Source: Aliivibrio fischeri ES114 | GTDB lineage: Bacteria > Pseudomonadota > Gammaproteobacteria > Enterobacterales > Vibrionaceae | Assembly (NCBI RefSeq): GCF_000011805.1 | Contig: NC_006840.2 | Length of the DNA stretch: 32,000 nucleotides | Direction: 5' to 3' (one strand) | Shown: one piece after another, positions 9,881-18,387 of the stretch | How positions within the stretch are numbered: position 1 is the first letter of the stretch | Layout: each line of letters starts with the position of its first letter | The notes under the pieces: model-generated | Database searches by the model: none | The model's input: the letters and a program-made list of their open reading frames with translations, nothing else | What the model was told of the DNA's origin: nothing | Made by a program: the position numbers and the translations under genes

Positions 9881-9904
9881 AATATGGATATATGCATTTC
9901 CATA
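9881..9904. promoter_or_regulatory. Candidate ArsR operator (inverted repeat)
   Basis: ATATGGA-N10-TCCATAT (9881-9887 / 9898-9904) surrounds an ATGCAT core, 13 nt upstream of the arsR start codon. ArsR/SmtB repressors bind imperfect inverted repeats overlapping their own promoters. Confidence 0.3.
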
Positions 9905-10096
9905 TATTAGCAATAAGAAAATGCAAATCAAGGAAAAAATCAATTTAATACACAAGCTGTTGAATAAAAAGCAACGTAAATATGACATATGAGCGCTTAT
10001 TTTCTAAACTACTCAATAAACCAAACCATTTTAAGTACAGTGATTTACATCATTGCAATTCATAAATGATAGCTTTAGAAATAAGATGCCGTACTA

Positions 10097-11092
10097 ATGA
10101 TCTACATGGATGTTTATATGAATAGCTACTTTCCTCATAATTTAGATACAGAAAACAGCATCATTGACTTATCAAAGTGGCAGGAACTTGCTGATTTGAT
10201 CGTCGATATATTTGGTGCTGATTGCGGAGCGATCATTAAATTTACCGGGCATTCATTTACCACCATGCTTAGTAGTCGCAACGAAGCGAGCTTTCTACAC
10301 CAAGGAACAGAATGGTCTAGTGATAGTAAAAGTTTTTGTCGTACGATAATAAAAACAGGCAAGCCTTTATATATTGCAAATGCAGTTGAAGATGAATATT
10401 GGTTTGATGCACCTCCCGTCGTTAATGGACCAGTTCGTTCATATTGTGGTGTTCCAATATTTTCTCCTGATGGCAGTATTTACGGAACCATTTGTGCAAT
10501 CGACACGAAAAGCACTCGTTATGAAGACGCCTTAACCAAACTGCTTCTGCATTTATCAAAACTCATCACTTCCGATTTAAAAATAGCAGAAAAAGCGGAA
10601 CAACACAGATTGATGGCTCTCACAGACCAAACGACGGGTTTGTTAAATCGAAGAGGGCTTAATGTCCTTAGTGAACAAAAATTTAAAGACGCTAAAAGAA
10701 ATCAAGATCATATTGGCGTGTTATATCTTGATATAGATAACTTAAAAATTATCAATGACAATTTTGGTCATCTAGCTGGAGATAAGTGCATTAAATTACT
10801 TGCTACTATCCTAAAAAAAATGGTCAGACAATCAGACTTAATAGCACGTATCGGTGGTGATGAATTTACCGTACTTGCTTTAATTAACAGTGAAAATACA
10901 AATGAATTAGACCACTTATCCATGCGTATACGTGAAGTTTATCAAAACGAAATTAAAGATAATGCTGAATTAAATATGAGCAATATTAGTATAGGTCAGC
11001 ATCTTGTCTCTTATGATTCAAATGCCTCTCTAAAAGAAATGTTAGCTAAAGCAGATTCGCTCATGTACCAAGAGAAAATTGATAAATCATAA
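10097..11092 (+). CDS. Diguanylate cyclase, GAF-GGDEF (DgcP/YeaP-like architecture)
   Basis: 331 aa. N-terminal GAF-like domain (...SYCGVPIFSPDGSIYGTICAID...) and C-terminal GGDEF domain with an intact RIGGDEF active site and an RxxD I-site (RQSD) 5 residues upstream. The start is uncertain (ATGs at 10097, 10106, 10118; no clear SD). Confidence 0.85.
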   Translation: MIYMDVYMNSYFPHNLDTENSIIDLSKWQELADLIVDIFGADCGAIIKFTGHSFTTMLSSRNEASFLHQGTEWSSDSKSFCRTIIKTGKPLYIANAVEDEYWFDAPPVVNGPVRSYCGVPIFSPDGSIYGTICAIDTKSTRYEDALTKLLLHLSKLITSDLKIAEKAEQHRLMALTDQTTGLLNRRGLNVLSEQKFKDAKRNQDHIGVLYLDIDNLKIINDNFGHLAGDKCIKLLATILKKMVRQSDLIARIGGDEFTVLALINSENTNELDHLSMRIREVYQNEIKDNAELNMSNISIGQHLVSYDSNASLKEMLAKADSLMYQEKIDKS

Positions 11093-11100
11093 AGTAATAT

Positions 11101-12288
11101 TTAAATGCCCATCCCAACTTGGAAATAAAGAGCTGTATCTTCTTCGCTAAACGCTAAATCGATCCCTGTTTTCATACCATAGCGACGAGCAATTAAATAA
11201 CGGAAACCTACGCCATAAGCGTATTGTTCATCGCCTTTAAATAATGATTGATGTTGTGATGATGCATAACCTAAACCGGCAAAAACATTACTCGACCAAC
11301 GAATGTTCCATTGGTAATTAACTTGCCCTTCAAGCGATAAGGTTTGCTCTCCTTGATATCGGTTTCTTGCTATACCACGCAGCTCAATATCAGGGTAAGC
11401 AGGAGGTGGCAGAAAGTTTTCGTCGGTATAGAGTGATTTATAATAACCTCTAGCCGCAACAGACCACTCAGGTGTCAGCGTCCAATAATGACGGCCTTTA
11501 ATATTTAACGTATCAAAATCATAGTCACTTCCAATACCATCTCTAAACCAAATATACTCAACGGTATAATTCACTCCTTCGGTTGGGTTTAAGAAGTTAT
11601 TTTTGGTGTCGTACTCCATTAATAGACCAAGGCCCGATGCTGTTGGTGTCGTATTCCCCAATCGATTTAAAATTTCATCAGCTTTAGGGTGACTATTAAT
11701 ACTCAATTCTGGTTGGAAATATTTCTGCACCGCTCCCAAAAACAAAGGGGTATCATCAACACGAAACTGAAGCTGCTGCATACCACCACCGCCACGCATA
11801 CCAAATTCCACACCACTATTTCCAACAATGGGTTCTAGCGCCCCTGCATTATTCTTTTGGCGATAGAAAGTCATATTCATATCACCATAAGCCAACCCCC
11901 CCATGTAACGGATGCTATCTTTATTCCAAGTTCTTCTATGTCCAATGAAGCCCATCCATGTGCCATTTTCTGTTGCCAAACCACCAGCCACCGTTATTGC
12001 AGGAGTTAATAACTGAGCACCTCCATCCAAAGAGGTTGCCGCTAATTGTTTACGCTTTTCTCTCTGCTGATCAGACTCATGCAAAAACACACCAGCAAAA
12101 CCGAAGCCATAACCTAAAGCAGGTTCGGTGATTAAAATCGGTACTGGCAGAAAGCCATAAGCATTTTCTGCGAGGTACTCCCCCATATCCAGTTTCCCGT
12201 CAATGGGATCATTAAAATCAACAGCTGAAGAAGCAAAAGAAACACTTAAGCTCATTAATACTAATAACCGAGAAGTATAAAACGACAT
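11101..12288 (-). CDS. Outer-membrane beta-barrel protein, Omp85/surface-antigen (D15)-like, without POTRA domains
   Basis: 395 aa. Signal peptide (...SFASSA/VD), alternating aromatic/Gly beta-strand pattern, an ELRGI..RY loop reminiscent of the Omp85 L6 (V/I)RG(Y/F) motif, and a terminal strand ALYFQVGMGI. The family call is by eye only. Confidence 0.5.
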   Translation of the reverse strand: MSFYTSRLLVLMSLSVSFASSAVDFNDPIDGKLDMGEYLAENAYGFLPVPILITEPALGYGFGFAGVFLHESDQQREKRKQLAATSLDGGAQLLTPAITVAGGLATENGTWMGFIGHRRTWNKDSIRYMGGLAYGDMNMTFYRQKNNAGALEPIVGNSGVEFGMRGGGGMQQLQFRVDDTPLFLGAVQKYFQPELSINSHPKADEILNRLGNTTPTASGLGLLMEYDTKNNFLNPTEGVNYTVEYIWFRDGIGSDYDFDTLNIKGRHYWTLTPEWSVAARGYYKSLYTDENFLPPPAYPDIELRGIARNRYQGEQTLSLEGQVNYQWNIRWSSNVFAGLGYASSQHQSLFKGDEQYAYGVGFRYLIARRYGMKTGIDLAFSEEDTALYFQVGMGI

Positions 12289-12686
12289 CTAAAACATCCA
12301 TATTTAAGAAGCAAACACATTGGTTGAAACTGGTAATTTATCGTCTAATCAACTTCATGACGGCGATAAATCAACTGAATAAAGTATGGCAATAAACATA
12401 ATAAAAACAAGCCTACAAACCAGATACGACCTATATCATCCAGAACTATAACCTAGTTCTAATTTATTTTCTTTCCAACAAAATCGATACTTAAACAACA
12501 TATATTTATTACTCATACGTAAAAGTGATTTTCATTTATTAGCTATTATCACGAATTAAGAAATAAATATAATAGCCGCATTGAAACTCAGCACACACTG
12601 TTGCGCTCTGTAATAAAGATTATTCTTTGGTTTATTTTCGAGTGATTTAGCTCCTCTTTAAGCCAAAATATTGTGAGAAAAATGCT

Positions 12687-13913
12687 ATGTCCCGAATCAT
12701 TGTTGTAGGCGGTGGCGCTGCTGGTCTAGAGCTATCAACCTTATTAACTAAATCAACCCGTAAAGAAGATGAAATTATTCTAGTTGAGCCTGAAACACAT
12801 CACTACTGGAAACCTCGTCTGCACGAAATCGCAGCAGGCACATTTGATAGTGATTTAGATTCGGTTTGTTATTTCACTCACGGAGCTCATCACGGTTACC
12901 AACATTATCAAGGTGCGATGACGGGAATCGATCGTGAAAATCAAACACTATTAGTTCGTCGTCCAGATGGCACAGAATCAGGCTTAAGTTATGATTATCT
13001 TGTGGTTGCTATTGGCGCAATCAGTAATGATTTTAATACCTTAGGCGCTCAAGACCACTGCCTATTTTTAGATTCAGCAGGTCAAGCACGCCAAGCGTGG
13101 AATCAAATTAGTCAAATCTTACGTGAAGGCAAAAACAGCACAATAAACATTGTAGGAGCTGGTGCTACTGGTGTTGAGTTAGCAGCTGAATTAGCTCGAG
13201 TAAGTAAAAAATTAAAACGCTATAACGCGTCATCTCTTAATATTAATTTAATTGAGGCGGCGCATCGTGTATTACCTAACAGCCCACAAAAAATGTCTGA
13301 TAAGGTATTAAAAGAATTAGAAAAAAATGGCGTAAATGTATTACTAGAAACTCGCATTAGTGAAGTAACTGAAAACGGTATGCGAACGGATGTTGATAAG
13401 TTTCTTGGTGCTGATATCCAATTTTGGGCTGCGGGTGTAAAAGCGCCGGATTGGCTAAATGGTATTGGGAACTTAAGCTACAACCGTATGAACCAAATTA
13501 ACGTGAACCAAAACTTAAGTTCAACCGAAGATCCTCGTATCTTTGCTATTGGTGATTGCGCAGCTATTCCACAGCCTGATGGTTCTTTTGTTCCACCAAA
13601 AGCTCAAGCGGCTAACCGTGCAGCAGTTCACTTAGCGAAGAGCTTAGGTCGTTATTTACGTGGAAAAGAGCTAACGGATTTTATCTTCCAAGACAGTGGA
13701 ATGGTGGTTGCTGTTGGTCATCATTTTGCCGTTGGTACTTTTGCTCCGGGGACACGTTTAGAAGGAAAATTAGTGTTACAAGGTCGATTAATTCGCCGTT
13801 TATACGACACGATTTTCCGTCTACACCAACGCACAGTGACAGGAATGTTTACGGTCTCTCGTTTAATGATCACTAAACGCTTAAAGGCCTTCTTTAAACC
13901 GGCAGGAATTTAA
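12687..13913 (+). CDS. ndh: Type II NADH dehydrogenase (NDH-2 family flavoprotein)
   Basis: 408 aa. Two dinucleotide folds (VVGGGAAGLE, IVGAGATGVELAAEL), plus HHYWKPRLHEIAAG and IGDCAAIP..DGSFVPPKAQAA, which parallel E. coli Ndh. Confidence 0.78.
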   Translation: MSRIIVVGGGAAGLELSTLLTKSTRKEDEIILVEPETHHYWKPRLHEIAAGTFDSDLDSVCYFTHGAHHGYQHYQGAMTGIDRENQTLLVRRPDGTESGLSYDYLVVAIGAISNDFNTLGAQDHCLFLDSAGQARQAWNQISQILREGKNSTINIVGAGATGVELAAELARVSKKLKRYNASSLNINLIEAAHRVLPNSPQKMSDKVLKELEKNGVNVLLETRISEVTENGMRTDVDKFLGADIQFWAAGVKAPDWLNGIGNLSYNRMNQINVNQNLSSTEDPRIFAIGDCAAIPQPDGSFVPPKAQAANRAAVHLAKSLGRYLRGKELTDFIFQDSGMVVAVGHHFAVGTFAPGTRLEGKLVLQGRLIRRLYDTIFRLHQRTVTGMFTVSRLMITKRLKAFFKPAGI

Positions 13914-13939
13914 TTTCATGGTTCTAAAGAGATAAATAA

Positions 13940-13971
13940 AAAACGGCAACCTTATTTTAGGTTGCCGTTTT
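13940..13971. terminator. Bidirectional Rho-independent terminator between convergent ndh and znuA
   Basis: aaaacggcaacc (13940-13951) pairs with ggttgccgtttt (13960-13971), loop 8 nt. Confidence 0.85.
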
Positions 13972-13990
13972 TATTGGTAAGAAACAAATA

Positions 13991-14956
13991 TCACGGTTTA
14001 CACTGACTTAGACTCTCTATCATGGACATCAATAATGAGTCATATTGATCTTTGCCTATTGCCAAATTAGCGCCGAGTGGATCCATAGTACCAATTGTCT
14101 TTACTGTTGAGTTATCAAAAATACTATTCACTAACTCGGGGTTATATTGAGGTTCAGTAAAGACACATGTCACACCTAACTTTTTCACCGTATCACGAAT
14201 GTCTGTAATTCGAGCAGGGCTCGGTTTAGATGCATCAGAAATAGAAATCGCACCCGATGCTAATAGTTGAAAGCGTTTCTCAAAGTATTGATAAGCATCA
14301 TGAAACACAATGAACTTAACACCTTCTAAACCTTTAGCTTGTTGCTTAATCTTACTAGAAAGTTTATGTAAACGACTGACTGTGATTTTAGCGTTCTTTT
14401 GATAAATTGGCGCATTTGAGCTGTCTGCATCAGATAACGTTTTAGCAATTATATTCACCCAAACTTCAGCATTTTTCGGGTCTAACCATACATGTGGATC
14501 ATGTCCATCATGGTGATGGTGTTCATGACCTTTGCTGTGTTCATTATGCTCCTCTTCATGATCATTTCGAGCGTCATCATGGTGCTCATGAGCTTCAAAT
14601 GTTGCTCCTTCTCTAAAGTCGTAAAGAGTTACTCCTTCTACTTTTATCATTTCTATTTGAGTCGCTGAACCCGCTAAGCTTGATAACGGTTTTTCAAGCC
14701 AAGGCGTTAACCCTTCACCAACCCAAAACACAATATCCGCTTGTGAAAGCGCTTTTGCTTCCGAAGGACGCAAATGATAACTATGTGGTGACATTTCAGG
14801 ACGAATCAATAAATCCGGCTCACCCACGCCATCCATAACTTGAGTGACTAAAGAGTGTAATGGAGCGATATCCACGACAACCTTTGGGGCTTGAGCGTAA
14901 CTCTGTGAAACCACCGCTAAGCTCATAACAAACACTGATATGGCTTTTTTAAACAT
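13991..14956 (-). CDS. znuA: Zinc ABC transporter periplasmic binding protein ZnuA
   Basis: 321 aa. Signal peptide (...SQSYA/QA), cluster-9 SBP fold motifs, and the characteristic His/Asp/Glu-rich loop (HEHHDDARNDHEEEHNEHSKGHEHHHHDGHDPH). Divergent from znuCB across a Zur box. Confidence 0.92.
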   Translation of the reverse strand: MFKKAISVFVMSLAVVSQSYAQAPKVVVDIAPLHSLVTQVMDGVGEPDLLIRPEMSPHSYHLRPSEAKALSQADIVFWVGEGLTPWLEKPLSSLAGSATQIEMIKVEGVTLYDFREGATFEAHEHHDDARNDHEEEHNEHSKGHEHHHHDGHDPHVWLDPKNAEVWVNIIAKTLSDADSSNAPIYQKNAKITVSRLHKLSSKIKQQAKGLEGVKFIVFHDAYQYFEKRFQLLASGAISISDASKPSPARITDIRDTVKKLGVTCVFTEPQYNPELVNSIFDNSTVKTIGTMDPLGANLAIGKDQYDSLLMSMIESLSQCKP

Positions 14957-15011
14957 ATTCTTCTCCTAATAGTAATAACTTGAAACCTTCAAAACACCAA
15001 GGTTGGCAAAA

Positions 15012-15041
15012 TTAATTGTTATGTTATAACATAACAATTAA
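15012..15041. promoter_or_regulatory. Zur box (perfect 30-bp palindrome) in the znuA/znuC divergent promoter region
   Basis: ttaattgttatgttataacataacaattaa is its own reverse complement. The core TGTTATgTTATAACAtAACA matches the gammaproteobacterial Zur consensus (GAAATGTTATAnTATAACATTTC). It lies 56 nt from the znuA start and 67 nt from the znuC start. Confidence 0.82.
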
Positions 15042-15107
15042 ATAGCCATATTGAAAATTGAAATAATCTAAATGGTTCGCCTCAATACAAAAATACAAGA
15101 GATTTAG

Positions 15108-15839
15108 ATGCTACTTTCATTACATCAGCTGTCTGTTAAATTCGGCAAACACCTCATATTGGATCGCATAAACATCTCGATTGGCCGAGGTGAAATAGTC
15201 ACTATCGTTGGTCCCAACGGTTCAGGAAAATCCACATTATTGAAAACATTAATTGGAGCGATTAAACCTGTAAGTGGCTGCATTGAACGAGCGGAAAAGC
15301 TTAAGGTTGGCTACGTTCCGCAACGCTTACATATCGATGAAGCATTACCTATGACCGTGTTTCGATTTTTAACATTACCGGTACAACGCTCAAAAAAAAC
15401 AATTAGCCAAGCCCTAGTTCGTGCAGGAATACCTGGGGTAGAAAAGCAACAATTAAACTCGTTATCAGGCGGGCAACTTCAACGCGTTCTTTTAGCTCGT
15501 GCTTTATTAGAAGAACCAATGCTGTTATTGCTAGATGAAGCGACTCAAGGACTAGACCAACGTGGAACCGTAGATTTCTATCAACACATTGACTCGTTTA
15601 GAAAAGAAACTGGATGCGCAATTATCATGGTTAGTCATGATTTACATGTAGTGATGAAAAATACTGATCGAGTTATTTGTTTGAATGGACAAATCTGCTG
15701 CGAAGGTACGCCGGAAAAAGTGAGTAATTCACCAGAATATAAAGTGTTATTTGGTCTCGACGATAACGATGTTTTAGGCGTATACCGCCACAAGGCGGCT
15801 TCCAATCAATTTAATGGGAGTGTACTGAATGTTGGATGA
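15108..15839 (+). CDS. znuC: Zinc ABC transporter ATP-binding protein ZnuC
   Basis: 243 aa. Walker A GPNGSGKST, ABC signature LSGGQLQR, Walker B LLLLDEA. Confidence 0.92.
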   Translation: MLLSLHQLSVKFGKHLILDRINISIGRGEIVTIVGPNGSGKSTLLKTLIGAIKPVSGCIERAEKLKVGYVPQRLHIDEALPMTVFRFLTLPVQRSKKTISQALVRAGIPGVEKQQLNSLSGGQLQRVLLARALLEEPMLLLLDEATQGLDQRGTVDFYQHIDSFRKETGCAIIMVSHDLHVVMKNTDRVICLNGQICCEGTPEKVSNSPEYKVLFGLDDNDVLGVYRHKAASNQFNGSVLNVG

Positions 15840-16650
15840 TTTTCTTTGGCGAGCCACATTAGCAGGCGTTGGTGTAACATTAGCAGCCGCCCCTCTTGGC
15901 TGCTTTATCGTTTGGCGTCGTATGGCATATTTTGGTGATGCGACTGCTCATGCTTCTATGTTAGGCATTGCGTTATCTCTTGCTCTTTCGCTTCCAATTT
16001 TGCCTAGTGTTCTTTTTATTGCGCTAATTATGGCGATTACTGTATCTAAGTTCAGTGGACGTAGTTACGCAATGGACACTCTACTTGGGGTGATGGCACA
16101 TTCTGCGTTAGCAATTGGTCTGGTGGCCGTATCTTTTTTGTCCGGAATACGCCTTGATCTTATGGCTTATTTGTTCGGCGATATTCTTGCTGTAAGTAAG
16201 ATGGATCTGTTCATTATCTGGGGAGGGGCTTTATTTATCATTGGTTTAATTAGGTTTCGTTGGTCTGGTTTGTTGCTATCAATACTCGATAAAGACTTGG
16301 CACTGGCCAGTAACTTCTCACCTAAACGTGAACAACTCATTCTAACCATTGCCCTTGCCATCGTGGTCGCCGTTGCCATCAAAGTTGTAGGGGTGCTGTT
16401 AATCGTCGCCATGCTCATCATTCCAGCAGCAGCCGCTCGTCCGTTCAGCCAAACTCCCGAAATGATGGTAGTACTTGCAGCCTTAATCGGCAGTAGTTCT
16501 AGCATTTTAGGGTTACGAGCCTCTTATCTATTCGACACTCCAACAGGCCCAACAATAGTTTGTATTGCTACAGGGTTGTTCATCACATCAAGTTTGATAC
16601 GGAAATTAAAGACTAGGCACAACCTTAATTTAGATAATAATGAAAATTAA
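15829..16650 (+). CDS. znuB: Zinc ABC transporter permease ZnuB
   Basis: 273 aa polytopic membrane protein of the ABC-3 family. Overlaps the znuC 3' end by 11 nt (translational coupling). Confidence 0.92.
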   Translation: MLDDFLWRATLAGVGVTLAAAPLGCFIVWRRMAYFGDATAHASMLGIALSLALSLPILPSVLFIALIMAITVSKFSGRSYAMDTLLGVMAHSALAIGLVAVSFLSGIRLDLMAYLFGDILAVSKMDLFIIWGGALFIIGLIRFRWSGLLLSILDKDLALASNFSPKREQLILTIALAIVVAVAIKVVGVLLIVAMLIIPAAAARPFSQTPEMMVVLAALIGSSSSILGLRASYLFDTPTGPTIVCIATGLFITSSLIRKLKTRHNLNLDNNEN

Positions 16651-16703
16651 ATAACACGGCTGTAAACAGAGTACCTATTTAAATATTAAAAAGAGAAATC
16701 AAT

Positions 16704-17264
16704 ATGTTAAGAAAAAATCCTACAGGACATATGCCTCAGGTATCAGAAACGGCTTTTATCGATCCTACTGCGATCATTTGTGGAAAAGTGATTATTCAAG
16801 ATAACGTGTTTATTGGACCTTATGCGGTGATTCGTGCCGATGAAGTCAATGAATATGGAGATATGGAAGCCATCATAATTAAACGCGATACCAATATTCA
16901 AGATGGCGTAGTTATCCACTCAAAAGCGGGAGCTGCAGTCACTATCGGTGAGCGTTCATCCATAGCTCACAGATCCATCATACATGGGCCAAGTGAAGTC
17001 AGTGATGATGTTTTTATTGGGTTTAATTCAGTCGTATTTAATGCTGTTATTGGTAAAGGTTGTGTCATTCGTCATAACTGTGTCATCGATGGTCTAGATC
17101 TACCAGAAAATTTTCACGTACCACCAATGACAAACATCGGTTCAGATTTCGATTTGAATAGCATTTCAAAGGTCCCTCCAGAATATTCTGCATTTTCAGA
17201 GTCTGTAGTTTCAGCCAATCATACTCTCGTTCAAGGTTATCGGAGAATTGCCAATGAGCTCTAA
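16704..17264 (+). CDS. Gamma-class carbonic anhydrase, Cam-type (left-handed beta-helix)
   Basis: 186 aa. Hexapeptide-repeat pattern, with metal ligands H72, H89, H94 (VVIHS, IAHRSIIHGP; the H-x4-H spacing of Cam H117/H122). R44-x-D46 and Q66 correspond to Cam R59/D61/Q75. IAHRSIIHGPSEVSDDVFIGFNSVVF parallels Cam LAHQSQVHGPAAVGDDTFIGMQAFVF (from memory). Confidence 0.78.
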   Translation: MLRKNPTGHMPQVSETAFIDPTAIICGKVIIQDNVFIGPYAVIRADEVNEYGDMEAIIIKRDTNIQDGVVIHSKAGAAVTIGERSSIAHRSIIHGPSEVSDDVFIGFNSVVFNAVIGKGCVIRHNCVIDGLDLPENFHVPPMTNIGSDFDLNSISKVPPEYSAFSESVVSANHTLVQGYRRIANEL

Positions 17265-18276
17265 TAAACACCCTATCATCGGCGTTCCTACCAATATTAT
17301 TACTGGCTTTCTCGGCGTAGGAAAAACCTCGACTATTCTGAACCTTATGGCAAATAAACCAAAAGACGAACGTTGGGCGATCTTAGTTAATGAGTTTGGT
17401 GAAATCGGTATCGATGGCAGTCTAATGCAAGGGCAACATACGACCAATCCACAAGGAGCAGAACAGCAAATCTTTGTGCGAGAAGTTCCCGGTGGTTGTA
17501 TGTGCTGTGCAGCGGGTTTACCCATGCAAATTGCGCTTAATCAACTACTATCAGAAGCGAAACCAGACCGACTATTAATAGAACCAACAGGGCTAGGCCA
17601 CCCAAAAGAAGTACTACAAATACTCTCTTCAGAGCACTATCGTCAGGTGTTAACGTTGCAAAAAAATATCACCTTAGTCGATGCTCGTAAATTATCAGAT
17701 TCTCGTTATACGGAGCATGAAACGTTCAATCAACAAATCGCAATTGCCGATACCGTGGTGGGGAACAAGCTTGATTTATACAGCGAAGGAGATTCAGACA
17801 ATCTAAAAGCCTATGTTGCAAAAATGGCGCGACCAAATACAAAAGTGATATTTGCTAAACACAGTATGATTCCTTTCAATGAGTTTGAAGGTAATACGAC
17901 CATTCACGAACACCCGCCGCATCATCACCACCATCATAGTAGAGACAAGCCACTTGCTTCTGAAATGCCAATGCCTGAAAGTGGGGTACTCAAAGCAATC
18001 AACTCAGGCGAAGGTTTTCATAGTGTGGGTTGGCGATTCTCTCCAAATAAGATTTTTGATCGTCAAAAACTCATATTACAGTTAGTAGAGCTCAACGTTG
18101 AACGTATGAAAGCAGTATTTATTACTACAGATGGTATTTTTGGTTATAACCTCACCCCAGATGGTTTGGCAGAAGTTGAGTTAGACGATAGCTTCGAAAG
18201 CCGTATTGAGCTTATCTCAGATACTGTTGATGATACCATTGAAGCTAAAATACTGACTTGTATACAAGAGCAATAA
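17254..18276 (+). CDS. COG0523 (CobW/YjiA/YeiR/ZigA-type) G3E GTPase, putative zinc metallochaperone
   Basis: About 340 aa. Walker A GFLGVGKTS, metal-binding GCMCC (CxCC), switch LIEPTGLG, and a His tract HEHPPHHHHHHS between the GTPase and C-terminal domains. The ORF-track start 17248 is TTG; ATG 17254 has GGAG 8 nt upstream and overlaps the gamma-CA stop by 11 nt. Confidence 0.85.
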   Translation: MSSNKHPIIGVPTNIITGFLGVGKTSTILNLMANKPKDERWAILVNEFGEIGIDGSLMQGQHTTNPQGAEQQIFVREVPGGCMCCAAGLPMQIALNQLLSEAKPDRLLIEPTGLGHPKEVLQILSSEHYRQVLTLQKNITLVDARKLSDSRYTEHETFNQQIAIADTVVGNKLDLYSEGDSDNLKAYVAKMARPNTKVIFAKHSMIPFNEFEGNTTIHEHPPHHHHHHSRDKPLASEMPMPESGVLKAINSGEGFHSVGWRFSPNKIFDRQKLILQLVELNVERMKAVFITTDGIFGYNLTPDGLAEVELDDSFESRIELISDTVDDTIEAKILTCIQEQ

Positions 18277-18336
18277 ACATTAATTACTCTTCAAAACTAT
18301 TGTCTCTCTTAGAACAATTATTCTGTTCTAGATATG

Positions 18337-18373
18337 AAAAATGGCAGCGTATATAAGTAGCGCTGCCATTTTT
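18337..18373. terminator. Bidirectional Rho-independent terminator between convergent COG0523 gene and glmS
   Basis: atggcagcg (18341-18349) pairs with cgctgccat (18361-18369), loop 11 nt, flanked by AAAA and TTTT. Confidence 0.85.
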
Positions 18374-18387
18374 GTAAGAAGCTTTCT

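Noticed and set aside
14480-14600. Repetitive cat/cac/gat-rich DNA in znuA (and similarly 17915-17940 in the COG0523 gene)
   Set aside because: This is codon-level low complexity encoding functional His/Asp/Glu-rich metal-binding loops, in frame. It is not a tandem-repeat element or a slippage-prone contingency tract that I can support.
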